Origin: Candidatus Eiseniibacteriota bacterium
GTDB lineage: Bacteria; Eisenbacteria; RBG-16-71-46; CAVPCR01
Assembly: GCA_963702435.1 (NCBI GenBank)
Contig: CAVPCR010000002.1
Coordinates: 32,001 to 96,000 of the forward strand
Direction of reading: 5' to 3'
Length of the DNA stretch: 64,000 nucleotides
Shown here piece after piece: positions 13,049-21,054 of the stretch. The number at the start of each line of letters is the position of its first letter. The first letter of the stretch is position 1. The translations under genes were made by a program, and so were the position numbers. The notes under the pieces are model-generated. The model did no database searches. It was not told the DNA's origin and saw only the letters and a list, made by a program, of their open reading frames with translations.

Positions 13049-13672
13049 ATGCGCGTTGCGTCTGTGTTCATGGCCATCCTCGCGCTCGTCGCGAGCAGCA
13101 CCGCTTTCGCGGGCAACAACCCGCAGGTCACCCTTCCGTTGCACGCCAAGGCCTCGAGCTTCGAGGCGTGTACCGGGCTCGCCCCGGTGGACTGCCTGTC
13201 GAACCGGCCCACGGTGGACGTGAGCGCCGGCACCGTGGCCGTCTTCCTGACCATGATGAACTACGTCGGGGTCGCTGGCGTCCAGACGGCCTTCGACAAT
13301 CCGAACAACTGGACCTTCACCTTCGGTCTCTGGGACTGCCAGGTCGGGCAGCTCAATGCGGTGACCCCGGTAGCGCCCTTCGGCGCGACGTCAGGCTCGA
13401 TCACGACCGCGTTCAACTGCGTGAGCAGCGGAGCCCTCATTCCAGTCGGGCGTATGTTCTTCATCGCGACGACCGGATGCCTCTCGCAGATCCAGTCGAG
13501 CTATCCGTTCGGCATTCACGCCCTCGACTGCGCGGGCGGCATCGACCAGATCACCGACAACGAGCAGGGGCGGCTCGGGAAGATCTGCGTCGGCTCGGGC
13601 GGCGTCGACGCGTGCGACCCGATCTCGCCGGTCAACCCGGCGACCTGGGGGCAGATCAAGGCGGCGTACTAG
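13049..13672 (+). CDS. Secreted 8-Cys protein with C-terminal TWGQIK motif (paralog 1)
   Basis: GAGGAGGT SD, signal peptide ending AFA, LPLHA/GVQTAF/GLWDCQ/SSYPFG/RLGKIC blocks shared with neighbours; ends PATWGQIKAAY. Confidence 0.9.
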   Translation: MRVASVFMAILALVASSTAFAGNNPQVTLPLHAKASSFEACTGLAPVDCLSNRPTVDVSAGTVAVFLTMMNYVGVAGVQTAFDNPNNWTFTFGLWDCQVGQLNAVTPVAPFGATSGSITTAFNCVSSGALIPVGRMFFIATTGCLSQIQSSYPFGIHALDCAGGIDQITDNEQGRLGKICVGSGGVDACDPISPVNPATWGQIKAAY

Positions 13673-13743
13673 CTCGTCGCGTACAGATCGAGTTTATACA
13701 GCCTGAGCGCGAGGGTTCGCCCTCGCCGGGGCTGCAGGTGGAT

Positions 13744-13780
13744 CGGGCGGCTCCCGCAAGGAGCCGCCCGGTCTTGTTTC
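13744..13780 (+). terminator. Intrinsic terminator after paralog 1
   Basis: 11-bp stem CGGGCGGCTCC/GGAGCCGCCCG, 5-nt loop, followed by GTCTTGTTTC. Confidence 0.7.
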
Positions 13781-13951
13781 GAGGCGGGTACGGCTGCCGG
13801 GCGAAAGGTGCCCGCGGCGCGACCCGTGTCGCGGGAGCCGGGGCCGCGCTATACTGGCGGCGTACCCGCCCGGCGTGTTCGGTCCGCAGGGCGTACAAGG
13901 AGGCCGCCCGTGAACTCCGTGCGTTCATGGAGAGCGTCGATCGCGGCTGTC

Positions 13952-14280
13952 CTGCCCGTCGACTGCCGGAACGTCTACCCGACGGTTGACGTGAATCCCG
14001 GCCCGACGGTCATCTTCCTCTTCGTCATGAACCACGGCGGGGTTGCGGGCGTGCAGACCGCCTTCGAACCCGCCCCGAGCTGGACCTTCGCGTTCGGACT
14101 CTGGGACTGCCAGCTCGGCCCGCTCTCGATCGTGGTCCCCGCTCCGCCGTTCGGGCCCGGACCGGGAACGAGTATCGCCTGGGGCGGATCTGCGTGGGTC
14201 AGGGCGGCTACGCTTCCTGCTTCGTGATGCCGGCGGTCGAGGCGGCGACCTGGGGGAGCATCAAGGCGCAGTACGACTGA
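13952..14280 (+). pseudogene. Decayed paralog 2 (no signal peptide, internal deletion with frameshift)
   Basis: LPVDC...GVQTAF...GLWDCQ...PPFGP in one frame joins EYRLGRICVG...ATWGSIKAQYD* in another at about 14160; about 56 codons missing versus paralog 4. Confidence 0.8.
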
Positions 14281-14354
14281 GCAGGGGAGGGCGAGCCGGC
14301 GAACCAGCGATCCCGCCGGATCGTGGGGGAGCCGGACAACCGGAGGGTTCTTCC

Positions 14355-15005
14355 ATGAACTCAGTACTCCAACCGAGGACGGCCCTCGTGGCCGGCCTCC
14401 TTGCGACATGCGTGGCGACGGCGGCATCGGCCGGTCTGAACCCGAACTTCACGCTGCCTCTTCATGCCAAGGCGTCGAGCTTCGAGCCGTGCGACGGCTA
14501 CCTGCCAGTCGACTGCGTGAACCATCTGCCGGTCGTCAACATCGCGCCCGGGCCGACCGCGGTGTTCCTCTTCGTCATGAACTACGCCGAGGTGGCCGGG
14601 GTGCAGACCGCTTTCCAGCCGGACGGGAGCTGGATCTTCCTCTTCGGCCTCTGGGATTGCCAGCCCGGGCAGCTGAACGCGGTGATGCCGGCTCCACCGT
14701 TCGGCCCGACCGCCGGTTCGATCGCGACCGCCTTCAACTGCCTGGCCGGTCCGCAGCTCGCCGTGGTCGGGCGGATGTTCTTCTTCCTGAACACGAACGC
14801 CAACGGCTGTCTCGAGCAAGTCCAGTCGAGCTATCCGTTCGGTATCTGCGTCATCGACTGCCAGCTCGCGGTGGATCGGATCCTGTCCGGCCAGGAGGCT
14901 CGACTCGGCAAGGTCTGCATCGGCCCGGGCGGCAACGCCCCCTGCGTGCAGACGACCGCAGTCGAGTCGGCGACCTGGGGGCAGATCAAGGCGCAGTACC
15001 GGTAG
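14355..15005 (+). CDS. Secreted 8-Cys protein with TWGQIK tail (paralog 3)
   Basis: GGAGG SD, signal peptide, same conserved blocks, ends SATWGQIKAQYR. Confidence 0.9.
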   Translation: MNSVLQPRTALVAGLLATCVATAASAGLNPNFTLPLHAKASSFEPCDGYLPVDCVNHLPVVNIAPGPTAVFLFVMNYAEVAGVQTAFQPDGSWIFLFGLWDCQPGQLNAVMPAPPFGPTAGSIATAFNCLAGPQLAVVGRMFFFLNTNANGCLEQVQSSYPFGICVIDCQLAVDRILSGQEARLGKVCIGPGGNAPCVQTTAVESATWGQIKAQYR

Positions 15006-15054
15006 CAGGGGAGGGCGAGCCGGCGGGATCGCTCCGTCTGGCGGGAGGACCGGC

Positions 15055-15696
15055 ATGAGAGCAGGAACTGCGATGCAGGCGATGTCCCTCGCGGTGCTCG
15101 TCTCCACGGCAGCCGCCGCCACCGCCGGCGCCGGTCAGAATGCGTCCTTCCTGCTTCCGCTCCACGCCACGGCGATGACGCAGGGGCCGTGCAGCGCCTA
15201 CCAGCCGGTCGATTGCCTCGGCGTGCAGCCGACCGTGGACGTGAGCCCCGGCACCATCGCCGTCTACCTTCTCGCGTTCAATCACAGCCAGCTCGGCGGC
15301 GTGCAGACAGCCTTCGAGCCCGACCCGAGCTGGACCTTCATCTACGGACTCTGGGACTGCCAGCCCGGCCAGCTGACGGCGGTCGCCCCGGCGCCTCCGT
15401 TCGGGCCCCTCGCGGGATCGATCACGACCGCGTTCAACTGCGTCTACGGCCCGTCCATCGCGCCGATCGGTCGCATGATCTTCTCGGCCACGAGCGGCTG
15501 CTTGACGCAGGTCGCCTCGAGCTACCCCTTCGGGACCCATGTCATCGATTGCGGCTTCGAGGTGGACCAGGCGCAACCCGGCGAGGACTACCGGCTCGGG
15601 AAGATCTGCGTCGGGGGCGGCGGCTATGCGGCGTGCACCGGCGGCGGGCAGATCGACCGGGCGACCTGGGGCGGGATCAAGAGCCAGTACCAGTAG
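15055..15696 (+). CDS. Secreted 8-Cys protein with TWGGIK tail (paralog 4)
   Basis: GGAGG SD, signal peptide, same blocks, ends RATWGGIKSQYQ. Confidence 0.9.
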   Translation: MRAGTAMQAMSLAVLVSTAAAATAGAGQNASFLLPLHATAMTQGPCSAYQPVDCLGVQPTVDVSPGTIAVYLLAFNHSQLGGVQTAFEPDPSWTFIYGLWDCQPGQLTAVAPAPPFGPLAGSITTAFNCVYGPSIAPIGRMIFSATSGCLTQVASSYPFGTHVIDCGFEVDQAQPGEDYRLGKICVGGGGYAACTGGGQIDRATWGGIKSQYQ

Positions 15697-15750
15697 GCGC
15701 CAGGCGCCCTGGAAAGGCGCCGCCGGCCGGGGGAGCCGCTAGCCTACACA

Positions 15751-15778
15751 ACTTGACATAAGATATATTATGCGCCAT
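15751..15778 (-). other. dif: dif site (XerC/XerD chromosome dimer resolution site)
   Basis: Minus strand ATGGCGCATAA-TATATC-TTATGTCAAGT versus E. coli dif GGTGCGCATAA-TGTATA-TTATGTTAAAT (8/11 and 9/11 arm matches); intergenic, between convergent genes. Confidence 0.9.
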
Positions 15779-15792
15779 TGAGCCGAGGCCGC

Positions 15793-16371
15793 TCAGGGGC
15801 GGCGGCGGGCCGCCCGGGCGGCGTTGCCGGCCGCAGCAGGCTTCCGGGTTGCGGCTCGGCGTGGCGGCTGCGGGCGCGGGCGCTCGGCCACGACATCCGG
15901 GCGCTGCTCCTCGACCCGCACCTGCTCGATCGCCCCGGCCAGCTCGCGCGCCGCGGCCACGAAGCGCTTGCGGCTTCCGGGGCCGGCGCCCGCAGTCACC
16001 CGGGCGTAGGCCAGGTCGAGGGCGGACTCGACCCGCTCGACCGCGTGCCGGCCGGCGGCGGTCAAGGCGACGACGACGACCCGGCGGTCGTCCGGCGAGC
16101 TCTCCCGCTTCAGGAGCCCGCCCCGGACCAGCGGATCGAGGGCCCGGGTAACGGTGCTCGGAGCGAGCCCGAGCTCCCGCGCCATCATGGTCATCGCCGG
16201 CCGCCCCATGGCCGCCACGGCGAGCAGCGCGTGCGCCTGCGCGCGCGGCAGTCCGGCCTTGGCGGTGGCCGCGGCCTCGAGCTGACCCACGGCCCGCACC
16301 AGGCGCCGGAACGCGCGGACGAGATCATCGGCCGGCCGCTCGGTCGCGCCGGCTCTCCCGCTGGTACTCAT
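15793..16371 (-). CDS. MarR-family transcriptional regulator
   Basis: ARELGLAPSTVTRALDPL helix-turn-helix and DRR...LT.AG wing motif. Confidence 0.9.
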   Translation of the reverse strand: MSTSGRAGATERPADDLVRAFRRLVRAVGQLEAAATAKAGLPRAQAHALLAVAAMGRPAMTMMARELGLAPSTVTRALDPLVRGGLLKRESSPDDRRVVVVALTAAGRHAVERVESALDLAYARVTAGAGPGSRKRFVAAARELAGAIEQVRVEEQRPDVVAERPRPQPPRRAATRKPAAAGNAARAARRRP

Positions 16372-16378
16372 GTCCGGG

Positions 16379-16407
16379 ACAATAATTGTACTAGACAAGC
16401 ATTGCAA
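16379..16407 (-). promoter_or_regulatory. marR promoter with overlapping candidate operator
   Basis: TTGCAA-N17-TATTGT-N7-ATG; TTGT-N5-ACAA inverted repeat at 16386-16398 within the spacer. Confidence 0.6.
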
Positions 16408-16575
16408 TGGGGAATCGATGCCGGCTGGGCCCGGCGCGGCGAGCGCTGAATCCGTTCGATCCGCCGCGCCGCGCTGACCGGACAGGCGGCGAGCGCACGG
16501 GGCGGCCGCACATGGCAGAGCGGGGGCCGGTGGTCACCGGCCCCCGCTCCCCAGCGGAACCTCGCCACTCCCCCG

Positions 16576-17055
16576 CTAGTCGAACAGGGTCTTGATCTGG
16601 CCCCAGGTGCCCGGGTCCACGGCGACCGCGTCCAGGCGGATCTGACCGCGGATCTCCCCGCCCGGGAACTGGCTCGTGTGGATGTTGATGTAGGACAGCC
16701 CGTTAATGAGGTCGGCCGCCTGCGCTGCGGTCAGCGGGCCGACCGTCAGGTTGATGGGACTGACCGGAGGCGCCGGCGGGATCAGAGAGAAGCGCACTCC
16801 CGCGTTGACCCCCGGCGGGGCCGGGGCATGGATGTGAGACGCCACGACCGGGGCAAGCAGGCCGCTGAAGGTGCAGCTCACATTGAGCATCATCGCGACG
16901 TCCAGCACCAGGGTGGCGGAACCCGTGGCGGGCGAGGCATTGGGAGGAACCTCCTGCAACCCATCGAGTGTCGCCGTGAAGGTCTGCGCGGACGCGACGC
17001 CCGCCCCCAGCACCAAGGCCAGAGCAGCGATCGAGATTCTACCAATGGCGTGCAT
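16576..17055 (-). CDS. Secreted CHRD-domain protein with TWGQIK tail
   Basis: Signal peptide; QEVPP, SHIH, YINIHT..FPGGEIRGQI CHRD motifs; ends PGTWGQIKTLFD; AGGAG SD. Confidence 0.92.
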   Translation of the reverse strand: MHAIGRISIAALALVLGAGVASAQTFTATLDGLQEVPPNASPATGSATLVLDVAMMLNVSCTFSGLLAPVVASHIHAPAPPGVNAGVRFSLIPPAPPVSPINLTVGPLTAAQAADLINGLSYINIHTSQFPGGEIRGQIRLDAVAVDPGTWGQIKTLFD

Positions 17056-17146
17056 TGAATGGACTCCTTGCGTGACGTGCGGCACTCTCCAGGGGGGCAG
17101 CGGAGAATGCGCACCGGGACTTGCGACAATGCCAGGCTTGCACGCT

Positions 17147-17174
17147 AGTATGTCATGTCATTGTCCCACGTCAA
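17147..17174 (-). promoter_or_regulatory. Putative promoter of the CHRD gene
   Basis: TTGACG-N16-CATACT with TGn extension. Confidence 0.45.
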
Positions 17175-17359
17175 CCGCAAACAGGCATGGGCGGGGGACG
17201 CCCTCCGGGAAAGCGGGAAGCAAATGCGGGCTCTCCCCTCTCCCTCCTCTTTCTGCTCCTCCTCATCGCATCGCCGGCAGCGATATCGACAGCTCCGAGG
17301 CTCTCGCTCGCTCTTCTCGCTCGAGCAACGAGAGCCCCACCGGCGCCGCGGCCAGCTCG

Positions 17360-17378
17360 TTGTACTTAACAATCATTG
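17360..17378. promoter_or_regulatory. Second copy of candidate MarR operator
   Basis: TTGTACTTAACAATCATTG, 16/19 identical to TTGTACTAGACAAGCATTG at 16386-16404. Confidence 0.5.
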
Positions 17379-17451
17379 TGGTTACAAAGCGCTAGCGAGA
17401 GATGGCGGCCGCCAACGCCGCGCCGTGACGCGCTGCCGCCGGTGCCCGCGA

Positions 17452-19512
17452 CTACGCGGCCTTGCGGGCCGCGACCGGCAGCGCCGGCGGCGAAGCCGGT
17501 TCCCGATAGAACGCGATCGGTGCGATCGCGAGGCAGTGGGTGGCCACCGCCGCCAGCATCACATCCCAGATCCCCGGAACCGTCGGCCAAGTTGAGAGCC
17601 CGCAGACGAAGCCGACGCCGACCGACATGAGGATCTGGACGATCCAGGTGAGCGTAAGCGCCGGGGCGTGCAGGATGGCGCGCGGCGAGGTGCTCGTGAC
17701 GTCCATCGTCGGCGGCGGGCCGAGGTTCGCCATCACGTCCGGGGTTGCGGCCTTCACCGTGCTCTCGCGCCACGTGCTGAGGCTCGCGCGCAGCCGCCTC
17801 GCCGCGGTCTGGGCGGCGATCGCGTTCCCGGCGCCGAGGGGGATGAGACCGAACACCCCCGAGGAGCCGTCGGCACGCTCCCAGCGCAGTCGCACGGCCC
17901 GCACGCGGATCCACCCCGGGAGGCCGCGATCGAGCCACACCTCCCGGACCTCGGCCGGTGTCAGCGAGAAGCGTGACTCCTCGCCCGCGTAGTCGATGCG
18001 GAGGGGGGTGATGGCAAGGAAGCCGGCGTCCCATTCGGCGAAACCTTCGTAGAGGCGCGGCGCGGCGTGGGGTGCGAGGCCAACGAAGGACTCGCGGCCA
18101 CGGCCTGCCTCCCGGACCTCCGGCCACCGTCTGGCCTCCAGCGCCCGGCGCAGCGCCAGCAGCGAGCGCGGCGCAAGCAAAAGCCACGTCAGTTGCCAGG
18201 CCAGGAAGGTGACGAGGATGGCGAGGGCGAGCCCGGCGAGGCGCGACAGCAGCAGGAACTTGAGGATCCAGATCGTGGCGGCGGGGACGAAGACCGAAAC
18301 GGCGAGCAGAGACCACGCCACCTGGTTCTGGGCGCGGCGGCGGAAATCGCTGCCGAAGGCGCGCGGCGCGACCACCGCCTCGGGCATCGCCCACCGCTCC
18401 CCCGCCGCCGGGGTGTGGTCCATGAGATCGATGAGGAGCGCCGGATCGAGCCCGGCGCGGGCCGCCAGGCGCATAGCGCGGCGCTCGAGGGAAGGGTGCG
18501 TGAGCAGGCACTCGCGAGCCCGCGACCAGCGGAGAGGCACCTGGGAGAGGCGAGACAGCCGGGCCAGGCCGGTGACGAGCGCCTCCGGTCTGGCCCCGAG
18601 ATCGATGGCCCGAGCATCGGTGGCGAACTCGATGCGGCGCGCAAACGCCAGGTAACCGAGGAGACCCGCGGCCGGCGCGAACACCAGGACCCAGAGGCCC
18701 CCCCAGAAACTCGCCGCGACGGCCAGGGTCAGGAGGAAGAGCCCGCGCGCGAGCTTGTCTGGATCCTTGCGTGCGAGGTGCGCCATCTCATGCGCGAGCA
18801 CGGCGTCCACCTCATCGCGATCGAGGTGGTCGAGCAGGACGTCCGTGAGCAGGACCACATTGTTGGTTACCGCGAAGGCATTGGCGAGGCGTACCCGTCT
18901 GAGCGGCACGACGTAGAGCTGCGTTAGCTTCACCCCAGCGCGCGCGGCGATGGCGAAGACCCGATCGCGGAGCTCGCCGCTGGTTACGGCATGAAAGGTG
19001 AGCCCGGCGTTGCGCTGGCGGCGGCCGAGGAGCGTGATCGCGAGGGCGACGGCGACGGCGACGGCGAGCGCTCCGCCGCCGCGCCCCCCGGTCGCGAGCG
19101 CCCCGATGGCCGCGGCGCCTATCGTGAGCGGGAGCAGCGTGCCGGCGAGAAGGAGCAGGGCATCGCGGCGCGCCTCGCTCCAGGTCCAATCAGTGAGCCC
19201 CGCCCGGCGTGCGACATCGAAGCCGAGAGTGGCGAGCGTGGCGAGGGAAACGAGGAGCGGCCCCGCCAGGACTCCCATGGCCACCCCCCACCTGAGCCAG
19301 GGGGCGTTCTCGCTCAGCCCCGCGTGAACTGCCGGCAAGAGGACCCGCAGCGCCGGCGGGAGCCAGAGGAGAGCGGAGACCAGACCCACCCACTGGCTGC
19401 GCTGCATGAAGGCGAAGTACGAGGGGGGCCGCTCGCGCAGGGCGACGCGGTGCGACCACAGAGCAAGCCCCAGGGGAAGGACGAAGGCAGCTACCAGAAC
19501 GACGCCGGCCAT
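17452..19512 (-). CDS. M48-family membrane zinc metalloprotease with C-terminal extension
   Basis: ANAF, LAHEMAH (HExxH), EFATD and THP motifs; multiple TM segments. Confidence 0.85.
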   Translation of the reverse strand: MAGVVLVAAFVLPLGLALWSHRVALRERPPSYFAFMQRSQWVGLVSALLWLPPALRVLLPAVHAGLSENAPWLRWGVAMGVLAGPLLVSLATLATLGFDVARRAGLTDWTWSEARRDALLLLAGTLLPLTIGAAAIGALATGGRGGGALAVAVAVALAITLLGRRQRNAGLTFHAVTSGELRDRVFAIAARAGVKLTQLYVVPLRRVRLANAFAVTNNVVLLTDVLLDHLDRDEVDAVLAHEMAHLARKDPDKLARGLFLLTLAVAASFWGGLWVLVFAPAAGLLGYLAFARRIEFATDARAIDLGARPEALVTGLARLSRLSQVPLRWSRARECLLTHPSLERRAMRLAARAGLDPALLIDLMDHTPAAGERWAMPEAVVAPRAFGSDFRRRAQNQVAWSLLAVSVFVPAATIWILKFLLLSRLAGLALAILVTFLAWQLTWLLLAPRSLLALRRALEARRWPEVREAGRGRESFVGLAPHAAPRLYEGFAEWDAGFLAITPLRIDYAGEESRFSLTPAEVREVWLDRGLPGWIRVRAVRLRWERADGSSGVFGLIPLGAGNAIAAQTAARRLRASLSTWRESTVKAATPDVMANLGPPPTMDVTSTSPRAILHAPALTLTWIVQILMSVGVGFVCGLSTWPTVPGIWDVMLAAVATHCLAIAPIAFYREPASPPALPVAARKAA

Positions 19513-19640
19513 GAGGACGTTATCGGCAACCGGCGTCCTGGTCTGGAGGAGGCGCCGCCCACCCCAGGCCGCGACAGATGTCGTCGAGTCGACTAGCCCG
19601 GATCAACTGGATCGCCGAACCCACCGGACCTGCTTCGCGG

Positions 19641-20600
19641 CTACTTGATGGCTATCGGATTGACGATCGCCTGCACGCCGCCGGTTATCCGCGGTGTTCC
19701 AAGCGTGAAGAAGAACTCCCACGCCTTGTCGCGTGCAAGCTCGGCTGTATTCATGCTCTCGAGCAGGTAGACGCCGTTCATCGCCAGCAGGATCTGGTGG
19801 ACCTCGTATACGCCGGCGCCGTTTTCGAAGGGGATCACCTCGAAGCTCGGCGTGTCGATGCCGACCGCCGCCACCTCCAGAGAGGCGAGGTATCGTGAGC
19901 CATCGCGGCCGAGGCCTGGGCCAACGGAGATGAAGCGCTTGTTGTCCTTTCCGAGGAGCTGCATCCATCCCGTGTGAAAGAGCACGACATCACCTTTCTC
20001 GATTGCCTTGATGCTCTGCCGCTTCATCGCCCCCTCGATCTCAGCCCGGTTGATCGCGGTGCCCTCCTTCACGATGTCGGTGCCAAGATACCCGGCGATG
20101 TCGAGAAGGACGCCTCGGGTCGCAATCGCCGGAATGTTCTCGACACCGAGCTTGGTCAGGCCGTCCGGGCGCACGAAGTCGGCCGCCCTGTTGCAGTTGA
20201 AATAGACATTGTCGATGCCGACATGCCCGAACCCGTCGATCTGCGAACCGATGCCGACCCAGCCCGTGATGATGTCGTCGTTGTAGGTGGTCTTGGTCGG
20301 CCCCATACCGACGCCGCCGGCCTGGTCCGGCTGCAGCACGGTAATGCTGAATCTCCGCGTGCCGTACGCGGGCGTGTCCTTGTTGGTCTCGATGCCGAGC
20401 CGGTAGGACTTTCCCGCGGTGATCAGTTTCGACGCGGAGAGCGTCTTGGCCGGCGTAACGTGCCTGACGTTCCCGATCTGATCATCGGGGCCGAACCTGG
20501 ACGCGGTTTGCCAGGGGCCATCCTGCGCGTGGGCCGCGGCAGCCAGCAGCAAGCCGGCGGCGAGCATCGACAGGAACTGAGATTCGAGCAGAGCCCGCAT
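19641..20600 (-). CDS. Cyclase-family (kynurenine formamidase-like) metal hydrolase, exported
   Basis: Signal peptide ending AHA; FGPDDQIG, SQIDGFGH, RGVLLD, GDVVLFHTGW, VHQILL...GVYLLE. Confidence 0.85.
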   Translation of the reverse strand: MRALLESQFLSMLAAGLLLAAAAHAQDGPWQTASRFGPDDQIGNVRHVTPAKTLSASKLITAGKSYRLGIETNKDTPAYGTRRFSITVLQPDQAGGVGMGPTKTTYNDDIITGWVGIGSQIDGFGHVGIDNVYFNCNRAADFVRPDGLTKLGVENIPAIATRGVLLDIAGYLGTDIVKEGTAINRAEIEGAMKRQSIKAIEKGDVVLFHTGWMQLLGKDNKRFISVGPGLGRDGSRYLASLEVAAVGIDTPSFEVIPFENGAGVYEVHQILLAMNGVYLLESMNTAELARDKAWEFFFTLGTPRITGGVQAIVNPIAIK

Positions 20601-21054
20601 CTTCACATTGACCACCTTTCCGTGGGGTTGACGCTGGAGCGCTTCTCGGGCGCCCGCCGTCAGGGGCCCGTCAGCGTCCATGAACGGACCGGGATAGGGC
20701 ACACCTTGAGCATTCCGTCCCGAGTATCGCCCCGGCGGGGGCTGCGTCAAGGCGGTGTCGACTTCGGCGGAGCCTCAGGACCGCGCCACTCAGGTCGAGC
20801 GCGCCTGCGCAAACCGGGATGCCACTGGTCAGGGGCCGCAGCTCCATGTCGCCGGCGTCATCCACCTCGTCAGCGGACAGGATGGGCATCCCGGCGGGCG
20901 ACGGCGCCCGCGGCGAGCGCGGGCGCCGGGACACGGCGGACGACCGCCCGCGCTGCCGTGAGCAGGCAGTTTCGGGAAAGTCCATCACATCAACAGGTTC
21001 GACGGCCTGAACCCCTGCGCCGCGCTTCCCAGTGACCAGCGCACCGGTCGCGCG

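Noticed and set aside
13049..15696. Paralog array as a diversity-generating retroelement or CRISPR-like array
   Set aside because: No reverse transcriptase or cas genes; differences are not adenine-specific; the repeats are whole genes
15751..15778. TTGACA...TATTAT read as a sigma70 promoter
   Set aside because: Spacing is far too short, there is no downstream + strand gene, and the dif architecture explains it fully
20601..21054. Possible small gene or RNA between the cyclase and ccsBA (GGTTCGA at about 20996)
   Set aside because: No cloverleaf or recognisable protein motif could be built
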